Below are positions 1 through 13,327 of a stretch of DNA of 64,000 bases, in pieces. The position numbers and the translations under genes are program-made. Position 1 is the stretch's first letter. Each line of letters starts with the position of its first letter. Source of the stretch: Octopus bimaculoides (lineage: Eukaryota); the NCBI RefSeq assembly GCF_001194135.2, contig NC_068982.1, positions 177,291,070 to 177,355,069 on the forward strand. Reading direction: 5' to 3'. The notes under the pieces were generated by a model. The model ran no database searches, had not been told where the DNA came from, and saw nothing but the letters and a program-made list of their open reading frames with translations.

Positions 1-1045
1 AAATTTTCCGAAGAAACTCTTCTGTAACAGCGAAGAAGAAGCTGCACCGTTAAGGGAAGGCCTCTCGCTCGGAAGTGGATCAGTAAAGATGCAGACACCA
101 TAGCAGTTATCCTAATACAGCATCAGCAGATCATAAAGCAAGGAGAAGGAAGTGGACCTGCGAAGAAAACAAGATAGTGATGCAATGCTACTTAGAAAGT
201 GGACCTAAAAGAAGGGGCTATAGAAAACGGATGTTGACACTTTGAGTAGAGAGGTGACTGAAGAGATCAAGCTAATACTATTAGAAAAACGTGGATGACA
301 CAACTGGAAGTAGAAGAGCTCACAAGAGGACTGGAAAAGAAAGAGGAGGCAGTGGGAAAGACAAACAGCAACATAAGGGATACAGTTTAAACCAATGAAG
401 AACCTAAAGGAAAAATAGTAAAAGCGCTACCTATAAGGAACGGACAATTGGCACCAACGACTTAAGTGATTTAAGTGAGAAAGATCAGGAGATTTTAGAT
501 GCGCTGCATCGACTTTGGCCACGAACTAGAGGGTCAACCTTAGGAATGCGCAAGTGTTTCCACTGAGCCGCATCTGCAATGGAGTGGATGAAAACATTGC
601 TCATACCACGAACGAATGCCCTAGACTTGCCCCAAACGACTATAACCTGTGGCGAGACCATCAGGTGGCGACAGTGCTATACTGGAAACTGTGCGAAAAG
701 TGAGGGCTAGAGATAGGCAAGACGTGGTACGTGCACAAACTGCAGTGAGTGGCGGAGTCGGAGACTAGCAAAATCCTCTAGGATTTCCCAATCCAAACAG
801 ATCAAGTGCTAGAGCATAACAGACCGGACCTAGTCGTGGTGGACAAAGGGCACCATATATGCTATTTAGTTGACGATGCATGTACCTTTGACCCACGAAT
901 AGTCAAGAAGGAAGGCGAAAAGACAGATAAATACAACATTCTTCAGTACGAAATAGCCTGGCTATAGAAAATCAAGGTGTAGATAGTACCAATTATTGTT
1001 GGGTCTCCAACAAAACTTGTGATAAAGAGAAATAGTAATAATGAT
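1..1045 (+). mobile_element. R4/Dong-like (RLE clade) non-LTR retrotransposon, internally deleted and decayed
   Basis: N-terminal RRRKWTCEENKIVMQCYLESGPKRRGYRKRM (~142-235) is followed from ~565 by a zinc-knuckle remnant (RICNGVDENIAHTTNECP) and an RLE endonuclease region (HNRPDLVVVDK...YEIAWL...IVPIIVG). It ends in CAAAACTTGTGATAAAGAGAAA plus a short TAA-like tail. Stops and frameshifts are present and no RT domain is visible. Confidence 0.85.
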
Positions 1046-1059
1046 GGTTTCAAGGGGAT

Positions 1060-1192
1060 GTGACCCTAGTGTTCAAGTGGTACTTAATTTTTCGACCCCG
1101 AAAGGATTAAAAGCAAAGTGGACCTCGACGGAATTTGATATCAGAACGGCATTTCGCCCGGCGTGGTAATGATTTTGCCAGCTCGCCGACCG
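1060..1192 (-). mobile_element. tRNA-headed SINE family B, partial
   Basis: Reverse complement of the GGCGAGCTGGCA head and the TTCGGGGTCGA...TAAGTACCAC body; matches copies at 4600, 36250 and 46460. Confidence 0.8.
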
Positions 1193-1196
1193 AATA

Positions 1197-1211
1197 TTAA
1201 TGATAATGATA

Positions 1212-1262
<51 letters not shown>

Positions 1263-1266
1263 GTAA

Positions 1267-1322
<56 letters not shown>
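1197..1322. repeat. compound (TAA)n-(TAG)n microsatellite
   Basis: Seen directly. Confidence 0.95.
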
Positions 1323-1755
1323 CTAGAGCATAACAGACCGGACCTAATGGTGGTGGAAGGTGCATTATATATACTATATAATTGATGTTGCACGCCCCTT
1401 TAAACCCACGAGTAGTCAAGAAGGAAGGCGAAAAGATTGATAGATACAGGCCTCTCAAGTACGAAATAGCCCGCCTATGGAAGATGAAGAAGGTGAAGAT
1501 AGTGCCAATTATTGTTGGGTTCTTGGGAAAAGTATCAGAAGGCATTAAAAGGAATATAAAGGAAATTGTAGAGAGTTACAAAAGGTTTGCCTCCTTGGCA
1601 CGGCCAGAATGATCAGGAAATACTAGATAGCTGAAAATAACGAATAGCATGGTACCGTATGCTGCAGGTAGTAAGCCCGCTACGCATGCAAGGCTGCAGG
1701 AGCTCAAACAAAACCTGTGATAAAAAGAAAATAATAATAATAAAAATAATAATAA
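1323..1755 (+). mobile_element. 5'-truncated R4/Dong-like copy, same family as 1-1045, with (TAA)n tail
   Basis: LEHNRPDLMVV...YEIARLWKMKKVKIVPIIVGFLG...LQKVCLLGTARMIRK with frameshifts, then a 3'UTR ending CAAAACCTGTGATAAAAAGAAA(ATA)n. Confidence 0.9.
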
Positions 1756-1771
1756 TAGTCCTGCTGCTAGC

Positions 1772-1815
1772 ACTACTACTACTACTACTACTAATACTAA
1801 TACTACTACTACTAA

Positions 1816-1871
<56 letters not shown>

Positions 1872-1875
1872 TTAT
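1772..1875. repeat. (CTA)n microsatellite
   Basis: Seen directly. Confidence 0.95.
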
Positions 1876-2086
1876 TGCTACCATACATGCTGATTTATAT
1901 TTCTTATTCATACAATGATCTATGGAATTTTGTCTGTATATTTATTGTATCACTGAATGACGTCAGAAACATTGCTATTATACAAATAGATCTAATAATC
2001 TAGTCCCCTTTCACACAGCTCCTGTGTTTTGTTTAGTCTTCTTATATGTTTTATTTTGTGTTCCTATTTTGTATTTGTTTCTTTTT

Positions 2087-2147
<61 letters not shown>

Positions 2148-3011
2148 CATTATTATTATTACTAATTGTTTTGTTGCTTTTTCATCGTCAAGCCTTTGAG
2201 CACTCATTCCTTCTGGCGTGTAATTAATCGCTTTTGATGTAAAACAATTTTATTTTGCTACTTTGAAATGAAATAAATTACAGTGATTTTTTTTCTTTTA
2301 TTTTATTTATATTTACTATATAATTTTATAATTCTTTATCTTCCTGGTTTTCTTCCAAACATTACGGTTCGCTTCACTTTTATTTCATTATATTTAATGC
2401 AAATTTACACGAGACAGTTTAATTGTTCATGTCAATTACTTGGTTCTCGAAATTAAATCCAATATTAATCTTTTATTTTGCCCTTTAAATTTCTCTTCCG
2501 TATATGCTGCTCGTTTGCTTCCATTTGTTACAGCTATTCATAAAGATGCATTTACGCTCTATATGTTAAATATGCAAACCTTTCTGTTCTACATTGTTCT
2601 CTCCGTTTGCCAGTAAACGCAACATATTTGTTGTCTTGGTGTTAATGAAAATATCTTCTTTGAATTTTTTAGATCCTATACACGGTTTTTAATTGGTTTT
2701 CATCTCATGGCTATTCTTTACGTTTCCGTAACATATAAAACCCAAAGTTGAAATATTCCGCAGGAACTTTAGATGTATGTATCTGTGTTAAATCCAAAGA
2801 AACACAACACTGTCTATGTGAGGGTAATCTTAAATATCAATCATAGAGCAGCGATTAAATAAAAAAGAATTTACATATACATATATTTAAATTTTTTTAA
2901 ATATATAAAATTTAATTTATATATATATATGTGTGTGTAAATGTATAGGTATGTATATCTATGTATACATATGTATGTATTTATACAAATATATGCATAC
3001 ATATATAGGTA

Positions 3012-3062
<51 letters not shown>

Positions 3063-4599
3063 GTACATATGCATGTATGTATACACACACATGTATACAT
3101 ATGTATACGTATGTATGTATATGTATGTATACATATAAATGAATGTATGTATACATATATATGTATGCATGTATGTATGTATGTATGTATGTATATAGAA
3201 TATGGAGACATTTTCATCGTCCAAATTGAGAAATAAAAGAAAATTTTGAGGAAGAAAAAATCTCCAGATTCTATATAATTGGAATTTTCCCTAATATACA
3301 CTCGTATCAATATTACCATCGAGAGAAGCGAACATGGAATTACCTATCGTAAGAATTTACAATATTAGTGACAAGTTGTAGTAGTCATAGACGTTAAATT
3401 ATAAGCGGTGTGGTAAGCCGTAAACTGGAACATGACTGAGTGTCACTACGCTATCTACCCTGATAATATATCCCTCTAAACACACACACACAAACATATA
3501 CATGAATGTCTGTTTGTCTGCTTATTTGTACGTATGCGTGTATATATATATATATATATATATACCAGGAGAATTTTTTAAGTGAGCTTCTTCTAGCATA
3601 TTGACAGACCGGTCACTGGTCAATCTTATATACACAAGTACTATAATCTTTTTATGATCTCCCAAAAAATTTTTTCATGAACCTTCTGATTTTTTTAATG
3701 TGCTAGTTTCCTGGTATTAAATTGATATTAATTAATATCGAATTTTTACCATATTATGNNNNNNNNNNNNNNNNNNNNNNNNNNNNNNNNNNNNNNNNNN
3801 NNNNNNNNNNNNNNNNNNNNNNNNNNNNNNNNNNNNNNNNNNNNNNNNNNNNNNNNNNNNNNNNNNNNNNNNNNNNNNNNNNNNNNNNNNNNNNNNNNNN
3901 NNNNNNNNNNNNNNNNNNNNNNNNNNNNNNNNNNNNNNNNNNNNNNNNNNNNNNNNNNNNNNNNNNNNNNNNNNNNNNNNNNNNNNNNNNNNNNNNNNNN
4001 NNNNNNATATATATATATATAGGTACACGTGCGAGTGTGTACGTGTATGCACGCATGTGTATTACACACCATGTAACAGCCATTAGCTTTCAGCATCAAA
4101 GAATATGTAAGTTTACTTCATTAAACACTGTAAGATGTATAACCGTTGTGTGGGCATTTTATGTATTATTTTCTCCGTTACAAGTCCTACTTCTGCAGCT
4201 ATACATAAATGCCATTATACAGTTAATTGTTACAAATGATTAAACATGGTTTATTACTCTCAGTAGCTTATTTGTTACTTAATTACTATAACAGCTGAAA
4301 TTAGATATTATTTCAAAATATGAATTAACAATTTCGTTTTGCATCTCATTTTTCTTTGAAATCTCTATAATACACATAATTAAAATTTGACATTTTGTAT
4401 GATACTGCATTTATTTGCAAGAACACATTTTTCCCTAAATAATGATTAATCAGGGAATCATCGTCCATGAATTTTTCACGCGGATGATGAATGGAAACCT
4501 CTTGGCTAATGTGTGCAGCATAAACATCCGCGGCCGAAGAGGGTGAAAAAATTAATATTCAGCGAAAAAATGACTAGCTAAAAGTACATCCTGAATATT

Positions 4600-4812
4600 C
4601 TCTTCTAGTTTAGAGCACAAGGCACGAAATTTTGGGGAATGGGGCAGTAGATTAGATTGACCCCGATACGCAACAGGTACTTCATTTATTGACACCGAAG
4701 GGATGAAATTCAATATTGACCTCGGCAGAATTTGAACTCAGAACGTAACGACACACGAAATATCGCTAAGCACTTCGCCCGGCGTGCTAACGTTTCTGCC
4801 AGCTCACCGCCT
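4600..4812 (-). mobile_element. SINE family B, near full length
   Basis: Minus strand reads GGCGGTGAGCTGGCAGAAACGTTAG (A box)...GAGTTCAAATTC (B box)...AAGTACCTG...TGTGCTCTAAACTAGAAG. Confidence 0.9.
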
Positions 4813-5720
4813 CGTACGTTTTGAATAATGTATATAGATATATGACAATAAACAATCTATTTTCGGTATTTTTTATGTATTCCGACCATTTTCCCATTTA
4901 ACCTTATTTCTATTTTAAATGAGTCATACGATGAAACTTATTGGCCTTGAGAATTATAGGTGAGCTTCAGTAAATAAGCTATCTTATCTTTTATATATTT
5001 TGCTTGTCTCAGTCATTGGACAGCGGACTTGCTGGAGCACAGGCAAGTTATGAGGACGTTAAGAAACGAATACCAGTCAAGCGGTGGGTTGGGAGACATA
5101 AACACAAAGACGCATACACAGATAATCACATACAAACATATGCACACACACATATATACATACATATGTGGATACATATATGTGTGTACTAGTACCTGTC
5201 AATGGGACTGTCTGTGGATTAAATAACTGGAAATAGTCCTGTGCAAGCTGACGAGAAATCTCCGAGGAAAGCTGGTCCCTGGATATGTGACACAAAAGAC
5301 AACCTGATGTCGCGTGTCACACATCTATATTCTAGAGGTGAAATAGGTTCTCCACTTCAAAGATAAACTCGGGATAACAGGTGACCTAGCAACGTAAGCG
5401 CTAAATAAACCGAAAGAAGACAATGGGTAAGCAATGTTGTATCTTTCATCAGATGTCATGAATTGGCAGATTTGGTGTGGGACGTCTTTGATAGTTGCCG
5501 CCTATAGGCATGCCATAAGGAGAGAGAAAGAGAGAGAGAGAGAGATTAAGGGAGAGAGGATACTGAATAGCATGATACTAAATCTTCAGAGAAATAAATG
5601 CTTGACACTACCCCGTGGCTAACATTTCATTATTTGATTAGCATTTGACTGCAACGTGTCAATGGTTCCCCAAAACTCCAATGTATAATATTCCATATAT
5701 CTTTCCCTTATTTGATTCAG

Positions 5721-5867
5721 GTAGTAGCGTCTTACCTCAAGAAATATATGGCATTTGTATCGACGCATTAACTGAAGAACCATCAAGTAATACACTTGCC
5801 ATTAACTTAAAATCACCAGTTTTTAGATACCTAGTGCGTCGCTCTTGTGATCTCAGAATCAAATTTG
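5721..5867 (+). CDS. candidate internal exon of an unidentified gene (phase 1-1, 147 nt)
   Basis: Acceptor ctttcccttatttgattcag, donor G|gtatat, open frame xSSVLPQEIYGICIDALTEEPSSNTLAINLKSPVFRYLVRRSCDLRIKF in non-repetitive sequence. No confident homology. Confidence 0.4.
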
Positions 5868-5992
5868 GTATATATCTTCGCAACCAAAATTTTCTTTGCA
5901 TTTATAATTTACGTGTGTATATACTTCTATACATACATATATGTATTAGTATTTGTATATATATACACACACACATACATACGTGTGTGTGT

Positions 5993-6057
<65 letters not shown>

Positions 6058-6502
6058 TGTGTGTGGGCATATATATATAAATATATATTTACAGACATAT
6101 TAAAGTCGAGCTATAATTAACAACCTTACGAAATTACTGCAGAGTGGTAAAGGATCTCAAGAAATATGTCTGCAAATTGAACTTCTTAAACGTGGGATTG
6201 TGCCTACACACAACAACATACAAAATGCTATTCATGCAAAAATGCAAATCCCCAAAACATTCAATCTATTGAAAGAGACATGTATGGCCAATTCTTTAAA
6301 GATTTCTCGAGAAGCCACATAGATTCATAATTTCTTCATCCCTATATTTCAACCAATAAACCGCCATTAGATATTAGGTTTTATGCTAAAGAGGTTCATT
6401 GCCACAACGGATGTTTTGATTACCTAAATTTTGTAACAATTTAGGAAACAGATTAAACCGCTCCTTTTATTTGTAAGAAGTAAAAAAGAAATAAAGTGGA
6501 TG

Positions 6503-6533
<31 letters not shown>

Positions 6534-7141
6534 TTATGAAGACTAAAAGAAAAAGGTGTGGTCTGCTATATTTAGTAAAACCTTTAAAAGCTCTTATAGC
6601 TTTCTATTCAATATCTTTTAGGATCGACACAACGGTAGATAATGCACAATACATTAGTATTTCAGGTTATTTTGAATTCTTCTTTATATACAGAACTTTG
6701 CCCGACTTTTTCTTTTCATTCTTCAATTTTTCTTCCGATATTATTGCTTAATGCTTAACTTCTTTTTCCTAAAGCTCTGTCCAGAATATAAATTATTCTA
6801 AATATCTTTTTACATATTTTCAATTCCTGAGATATTACTTTGAAGATGGAATAGCAAACTACATATAGCGTGATGTCTTGTGATTCTTGAGTTTCCAATA
6901 CGTATATATAATTTTTTTTTTCTTTAGATTTATGTCTGTTAAAAAGTGGCGTCTAAATATAAAAACTTCTTAAAATTATAAAGAATAAAAAAAGTAGAAA
7001 CGGAGATGCATAGAATGAGATAAAACAGAAATTCTCAAAATAATTTATAAGCAATTGTTTATTTTCTTATCATGAGCGTTATTTCGCCAAAAGCATGTAT
7101 GCACACACATATATATGTGTGTGTATATATGTATGTATGTA

Positions 7142-7199
<58 letters not shown>

Positions 7200-7874
7200 N
7201 NNNNNNNNNTTTTATATAGTGTGTCTTGTGTATTTGTGTGTGTGTGTGTGTGTATGTGTGTGTAATCGTTTTCATCTTGTGATTTGTTTTTATTTATATT
7301 TGTATTTTTTTCTATCTTTGTCTCACTTTTGATTTTTATTTACGGTGCATCAGCATGGCCGCAGCTCTGAGCTGAAACTTTGAAAAGAAAAAAACCCAGA
7401 CGAATACGATTCGCAAACAATTTAATATTAAATTTACATGAAGATAAACTAAGTACCTGAGTAAACAAAGTAAGATAAACAAAACATTAATGCTAAATGT
7501 ACCGTTAATCTTAATGCAAATGTCCAATTTTATATAGAAACGAATTTGCTATTACTGTAAGACGAATACGGATCTCTTACATTTTTGTTTTGTGTTTACG
7601 AAAGTTATTAAGAAATAACAATTTTTTTCTATAACATTGCTCATCAAGCAAAATGAAGCAAGATTATGTAATGCATACATCTTCAGTGAGTGGCTTGCAA
7701 ATCTTGCATGACAATCCAGATCAAGTTTTAAAATAGCTGTCGAAATCTGCTGATTCAATTCACATCATGAATGGAATGCAACTTTCTGATATTAACATTG
7801 AATTACTATTTGCGCAAAGATAAAACAAATCCGTATTACCGATCAGATTCCAGTTATTTTTGCCAAAACACAAC

Positions 7875-8277
7875 GAGTGGCTATGTGGTAAGAAGCTTGC
7901 TTCCCAACCAAATGTTTTCGGGTTCAGTCCCACTGCGTAGAACCCTCGGAAAGTGTCTTCTACTATAGCCAGGAACCAACCAAACCTTGTAAGTGGATTT
8001 GGTAGACGAAAACTGAAAGAAGCCAGTCATATATATGTATCTATGAATGTGTCTCTGTGTCTGTGTTACCCCCTCCGACCCCAGCTTGACAACCGGTGTT
8101 TGTTGTTTACCTACCGATAACTTAACGGTTCGGCAAAAGAGCCGGTATAATAAGTACCAGACTTTAAAGAAAATATGTACGAAGGTCGATACATTCGACT
8201 AAAAATTCAAGGCAGTACCCCAGCGCGGCCGCAGTGTAATGACTGAAACAAGTAAAAGATAAAAGATAAAAAGATAA
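7875..8277 (+). mobile_element. tRNA-headed SINE family A, full length
   Basis: GAGTGGCTATGTGGTAAG head, GGGTTCAGTCCC B box, central TA/TG tract, CTTGACAACCGG module, and a 3' GACTGAAACAAGTAAAAGA tail; five or more similar copies in the window. Confidence 0.9.
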
Positions 8278-8584
8278 ATGCTTGTAGTTTCTAATTACGT
8301 CAGATATTATTAGCGAGGACCAAAATTTCATTGAAATATTTAAGCTTAATTCTAATGCAAAAGGCCTTGTGATCCAACCCCTTAGCTATACGAGGATGAT
8401 AGTTATTCTTCTGCTGTGCTGATTGTTAAATAGTGTCTCATGTAAACATAAAAAAGCTTATCACTTCCATCCGAAACTATTACACAAATATAATATACTT
8501 CATCAGAATTATTAAAAATTACTTAGAATCTAAGAGAAACTAACACCACAAGGAGTTTGTTCGATTCTGTAATGATTCTGACAG

Positions 8585-8686
8585 TTGGCCGCAAAATTAT
8601 ACAACTCTAGTCCACGAAATTGCAATGCTACATTAGTCTATTATAGCCAAAGAACTGGCCTCTACATAGTCGATAGACGTTTAAAA
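8585..8686 (+). CDS. candidate exon (phase 0-0, 102 nt)
   Basis: ctgacag acceptor, perfect gtaagt donor, single open frame LAAKLYNSSPRNCNATLVYYSQRTGLYIVDRRLK. No recognised homology. Confidence 0.25.
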
Positions 8687-8849
8687 GTAAGTAGTGAATA
8701 TTCCCTCCAACCACAACCCATCATCTCAGAAAAGGAGGTAACCTCCAGACAATCTAAGTGTAGATACACTATATTTGAAGGAAACAACAAAATTATCATG
8801 GTTTTATGTGTTTGATCATTAATCTGCTGTTTGGCCTGGCATTGTTGTA

Positions 8850-9160
8850 AATATACTACACTATATTATATTGTACACTATTAGAATATTACAAACTATT
8901 ACATATCCACTTATGCCATTACACCACAATTCGTCATTACACTGTCATAGTATAACGTTGTGCTGTATTGCACTTCTACACTGTTGCTCTGCAGTATTAA
9001 ATTATATTACACTACCTCCTTATTACACTACTGTATTCCAGTAAACTATCCTATCACAGCATGGCACAGTATTTTATTGCACAATTACACTATTGCACTT
9101 CATAACTCTATGATACTAGACTGTATTACATGACAGTAAAACTGGACTAAATGACACTAA
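8850..9160. repeat. decayed pentanucleotide repeat (ACTAT/TATTG-like)
   Basis: 5-bp periodicity of variants such as tacac, tatta, tattg and ctgta. Confidence 0.6.
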
Positions 9161-10371
9161 ATGAAAAAAATGACTCTCTCAAGGGTGTCACAACTCAATT
9201 TCTAATATGCATTTATTAAAATCAAACAAAAAATTACCACTACTACAAAATTGTAAGCATGAAAGCAACCGCCATAATCCTCTATCGATACAACCAGCAT
9301 AAAGAACAGTAAGAACAGCAGCAACACAGATACATGTAACATTGCACATGTAAACATACACATAGAGTATACAAGTAAAATGTCAGATAATCTCTCCAGA
9401 ACTTTGGCAACTGTCGCTACCACAAGAATTTCGTTTGATAACTGAATTTACCTTTCAAAAAATTCCTTGCATCTCTTTTATATTTTCACACCGTTCTTAA
9501 CATTTTCATTAACGCCTATTTTCTCCTTTGTACTTTACTTATCCAATTTCATTTCGTGTTGCTCTCCAGAATTATATTTGCTATTTTTATTTATATATTT
9601 TTTCCCTTTAATATTCTTTATTTTTGTTTATTATTATTACTATTATTATTATTATCATTATTATTATTATTATTATCATCATCATCATTATCATCAACAT
9701 CATCATCATTATCATCGTCACTGTCATCATTTCTAGTATTACCATTATTATTTGCTTCTACGTTATGTTTTGTTTTTACTAAGTTATTGGGAATTCTAAC
9801 TTAATTTGTAAACTTTAGTCTTTAACACGTTCTAGAAAATGTTTGACAGATGAATGACGAAGTGTAGATACTTTTATCTCGTCTAAATAAAGTTTACTGA
9901 TCTACCTCTGGATTTCTCTCAGTGTATATATATATATTAGTACATTGAAAGTTCAAGTCCACATTCATATGGTTTCTGATAAATACACAACTACAGAGTC
10001 TATTAACATTTTCATATTGAGCCGGTTACTGATGTTAACAGCTTATCAAAACTTTCTATAACTAGAAATGACATAAATGCATATGCGAATATATACATGC
10101 GTGCGTGTATGCGTATATAAAACAATTTAAGTCAGCTCTACATGAATTACAGTTTCATGGGCACATTGTAGGCGCCCATCTCAGACGCAAAGAGCAACTC
10201 CCACCCAATTCGTTGAGTGCTACATTTTATCATTTTTTCAATCCCTCGTATATATATATATAAACTATATATTTTATATATATTTTATCTATAAAGCTCA
10301 ATTTAATTTTAATTTTTTATAAATTGATTTTAATTGAGTTTTTACCTGTAATTTTGAATTTTGTCCTTAAT

Positions 10372-10403
<32 letters not shown>

Positions 10404-10754
10404 TATACATATATGTATTGAAGGAAGGGGAAAACAAAACCAGGATAGGACAAGCTTATCAGCTCATTTAAATTATTTTAATCATTATATTAGTGAATGG
10501 AAGTAAGTAAAAGTAAATAATAATATCTTACAGCTGTTTTGGGGGATATCCCAGATTATGGATCAATGATTTAATCCGCATTTCCATATCCTGGGTATTC
10601 CGTCATCGGAGAAAAAACATATACATGCAGGAAATTTCAATGTGGAGATAGAAAATCTATTGTACAGAAAAGCATGAAGACCAAGGCTCATAGTTCGTCC
10701 TGTTCCGGGGGGTATGGGGGTTTATCCATATTTCCGTGAAGGTGTACCTCCTTA

Positions 10755-10892
10755 CGCATAATCTCAGGTAAGTCCATAGTTCAGAAAGTGGGTTGAGCAA
10801 TGCATCCAGTTGAAACAGCTAAGTCCCATTTTTTTAACTGGACGCATTACCCAACTCGTTTTCTAAACTATGGACTTACCTAGGAGTATGTG
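10755..10892. mobile_element. foldback/MITE-like inverted repeat
   Basis: Arm starting AGGTAAGTCCATAGTTCAGAAA (10766) is the reverse complement of the arm ending TTTCTAAACTATGGACTTACCT (10881); ~50-bp arms about 80% matched, with a short spacer. Confidence 0.7.
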
Positions 10893-10954
10893 TCAGACAT
10901 TATTATAGAATCTTTATCACGCTTGACGAATTGCTTAACTGTATTTAATATGCC

Positions 10955-11108
10955 ACTACGTTCTCAGTTCAAATTCTGCCGAGGTCTACTTTGCCTTTCA
11001 TCCTTTCGGGATCGATAAATTAAGTACCAGTGAAACACTGAGGTCGATGTAACCGACTGGTTCCCTCCCACCAAATTTCAGGTATTGTGTCTTTAGTAGA
11101 AAGGATTA
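10955..11108 (+). mobile_element. SINE family B, 5'-truncated or degenerate
   Basis: TTCTCAGTTCAAATTCTGCCGAGGTCTACTTTGCCTTTCATCCTTTCGGGATCGATAAATTAAGTACCAG...GTAGAAAGGATTAT. Confidence 0.85.
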
Positions 11109-11359
11109 TATACTTTTGCTTACTACGCTTCACCATTATAATGATTAAAATAATTTAAATAATCTGATAATCTTGTCCCATCCTGGTTCTGATTTCCTCT
11201 TCCTTTGATTTATACGCGCTGACTCGGGAGCAGGCCGCGAAACCCCACCTCAGGCCTTCCTTGTCTACATGGAACCTAGCAGCTTATGACTTGGAGCACT
11301 TACACAGCGTGCCTATTAGTTTGGATCAACAGTGGCCTAAACCTTTTCCTATTCTGTAA

Positions 11360-11524
<165 letters not shown>

Positions 11525-12348
11525 GCATGCCCAGTATAGAGTTGAGAAAATTATAATTCAAATGGAGGCTCAATATATAACTATATAGAATGTATTCTTT
11601 ATTGAGATAGTGAAAGACCTTAAGGAGAGCTCATATATTTCACGAATGTAGTTGATATATCAGCCAGACTCAGATAATCAAGGAGCACGCCTTGAGGTCA
11701 TGGGCAGGTTAGTATACCCTGGATAGTTTTAAATTTTATGCCCCACGTAATATTTTTGAGTATGTGTGCGTTCGAATGTGAGTTCAAGATTCATATTACA
11801 ATGATGCGATACTTTCCCGATGATTAAATTCGGGTACTGTTTCTTGAATAAATGCATGTTTGTACCACTAGAATTGAGGTCCTACCCTTCCATTGCTTAT
11901 TCATTGACGCTTAACAAAGACGAAAAAGTAAGATCGACAAATCATAACAGGCACCTTCCAACATTATTGCGAACCAGTCACACTGATTATGCATATATCA
12001 TAGGCATGTACGCTAATATAAACGAACATAACAAGCATATTTGCTTCAAATTACATACATACACATAAACACACGCGTGCGCATACAGACACGTAAGCAC
12101 AACACACACATACACGAACGTACACACAGCAACGCACAATCAAATCCAGATCCCCATAAGAAACATATCCCAGCAAACTCTCATTCACACGTTCATACAG
12201 ACGCCCATACGCAAACACACAAGCACAAAATCGAACGAATTAGCACCGAATAATAATATTGCCTGTGACGGCAATTCGATTCTTTTCAACAGTCTCTCGC
12301 TTACCTTGTTCTCTCTTTGTTTCTCTTCTATTCTCACTTCTTGCACGA

Positions 12349-12414
12349 CTACAGGCACGCTACAGGCACGCTACAGGCACGCTACAGGCACGCTACAGGC
12401 ACGCTACAGGCAGG
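12349..12414. repeat. 11-bp minisatellite (CTACAGGCACG) x6
   Basis: Five exact units and one variant. Confidence 0.95.
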
Positions 12415-13327
12415 CTAGCACATGCGCGCGTAAATACTCGTGCGCATAAACAATGGACTGCATATACATTCGCTTGCATACACACTTCCGTAGACTCACA
12501 TGTGTCTACATACAACGACTAACTCGCAAACTCACGCTCACTAAAACACTCCCGCAGTTATATGTATGTATATATGTATGTGTATATATATATATATATA
12601 TATATAAGTTATACATACGTGCATGTGTGTGCGTGTGGGCGCCTGCGTGCGTGCGTGCGTGTTTGCCATTGTAAGAGCACGTAAATGTGTATATATGAAC
12701 GTATTTAGTGCTGAAAGTAAAATATTCACACAGTTTACAGCATATAGGTAAATTTAAATTCGAAAATGCACAAAATGTTTTTAGTTCATTAAAATCTCTA
12801 TCACTAAATGTCATACTGTAATTGGCAAAAGACATTCTACAACAAAAATAGTCAAAGACGTTTTATTACGCGAAAACCTTTGCAAACACTCAGCAAACCA
12901 GTCTAAAGGGTGAAAAGAATTTAAAGAAAAATATGGAACTATCAGCAGAAAAAGAAAATCAAAATCCTGAAAAATATAGTGGCAAGTACAAAGCTATATT
13001 CAAAGGCTACAAGATATACTATCAATACATTTAACCTACTGAACTGCGGAGTATGATGTTGTTAATTGTAACTCCATTTCAAAAATATCCTTATTTTCTA
13101 TATAAGAATTATTTTTGTGTGTTGCAAGGCATATTTAGAATATATCCTAACATATAAATGCTGCCGAGAACCTTCTTTTGCCAAACTGGAATGACACGCT
13201 ATAGAAGAGGGAACACTAAGACCGCAACAACTTCCAAAGCCATAGAAGTAAATAATCCTCCTGAAGAAACGTATAGATATGTATGAGGACTAATGCTGTC
13301 GAATGTTACTGTTCATATATATATATA

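Noticed and set aside
7875-7950. tRNA-like A/B boxes
   Set aside because: These are SINE heads continuing into repeat bodies; no cloverleaf or acceptor stem.
10020-10065. CTGATGTTAAC...AAAAC as a hammerhead
   Set aside because: Core G8/A9 and GAAA are broken and helices cannot be drawn.
10520-10553. Partial relative of the 52250 hammerhead (GGGATATCCC...AAACAGCTGTAAGA on minus)
   Set aside because: Lacks CUGANGA and G12; a decayed remnant only.
12349-12414. Regular repeat as a possible CRISPR array (also 34680-34875, 40520-40612)
   Set aside because: No unique spacers, eukaryotic context and no cas genes.
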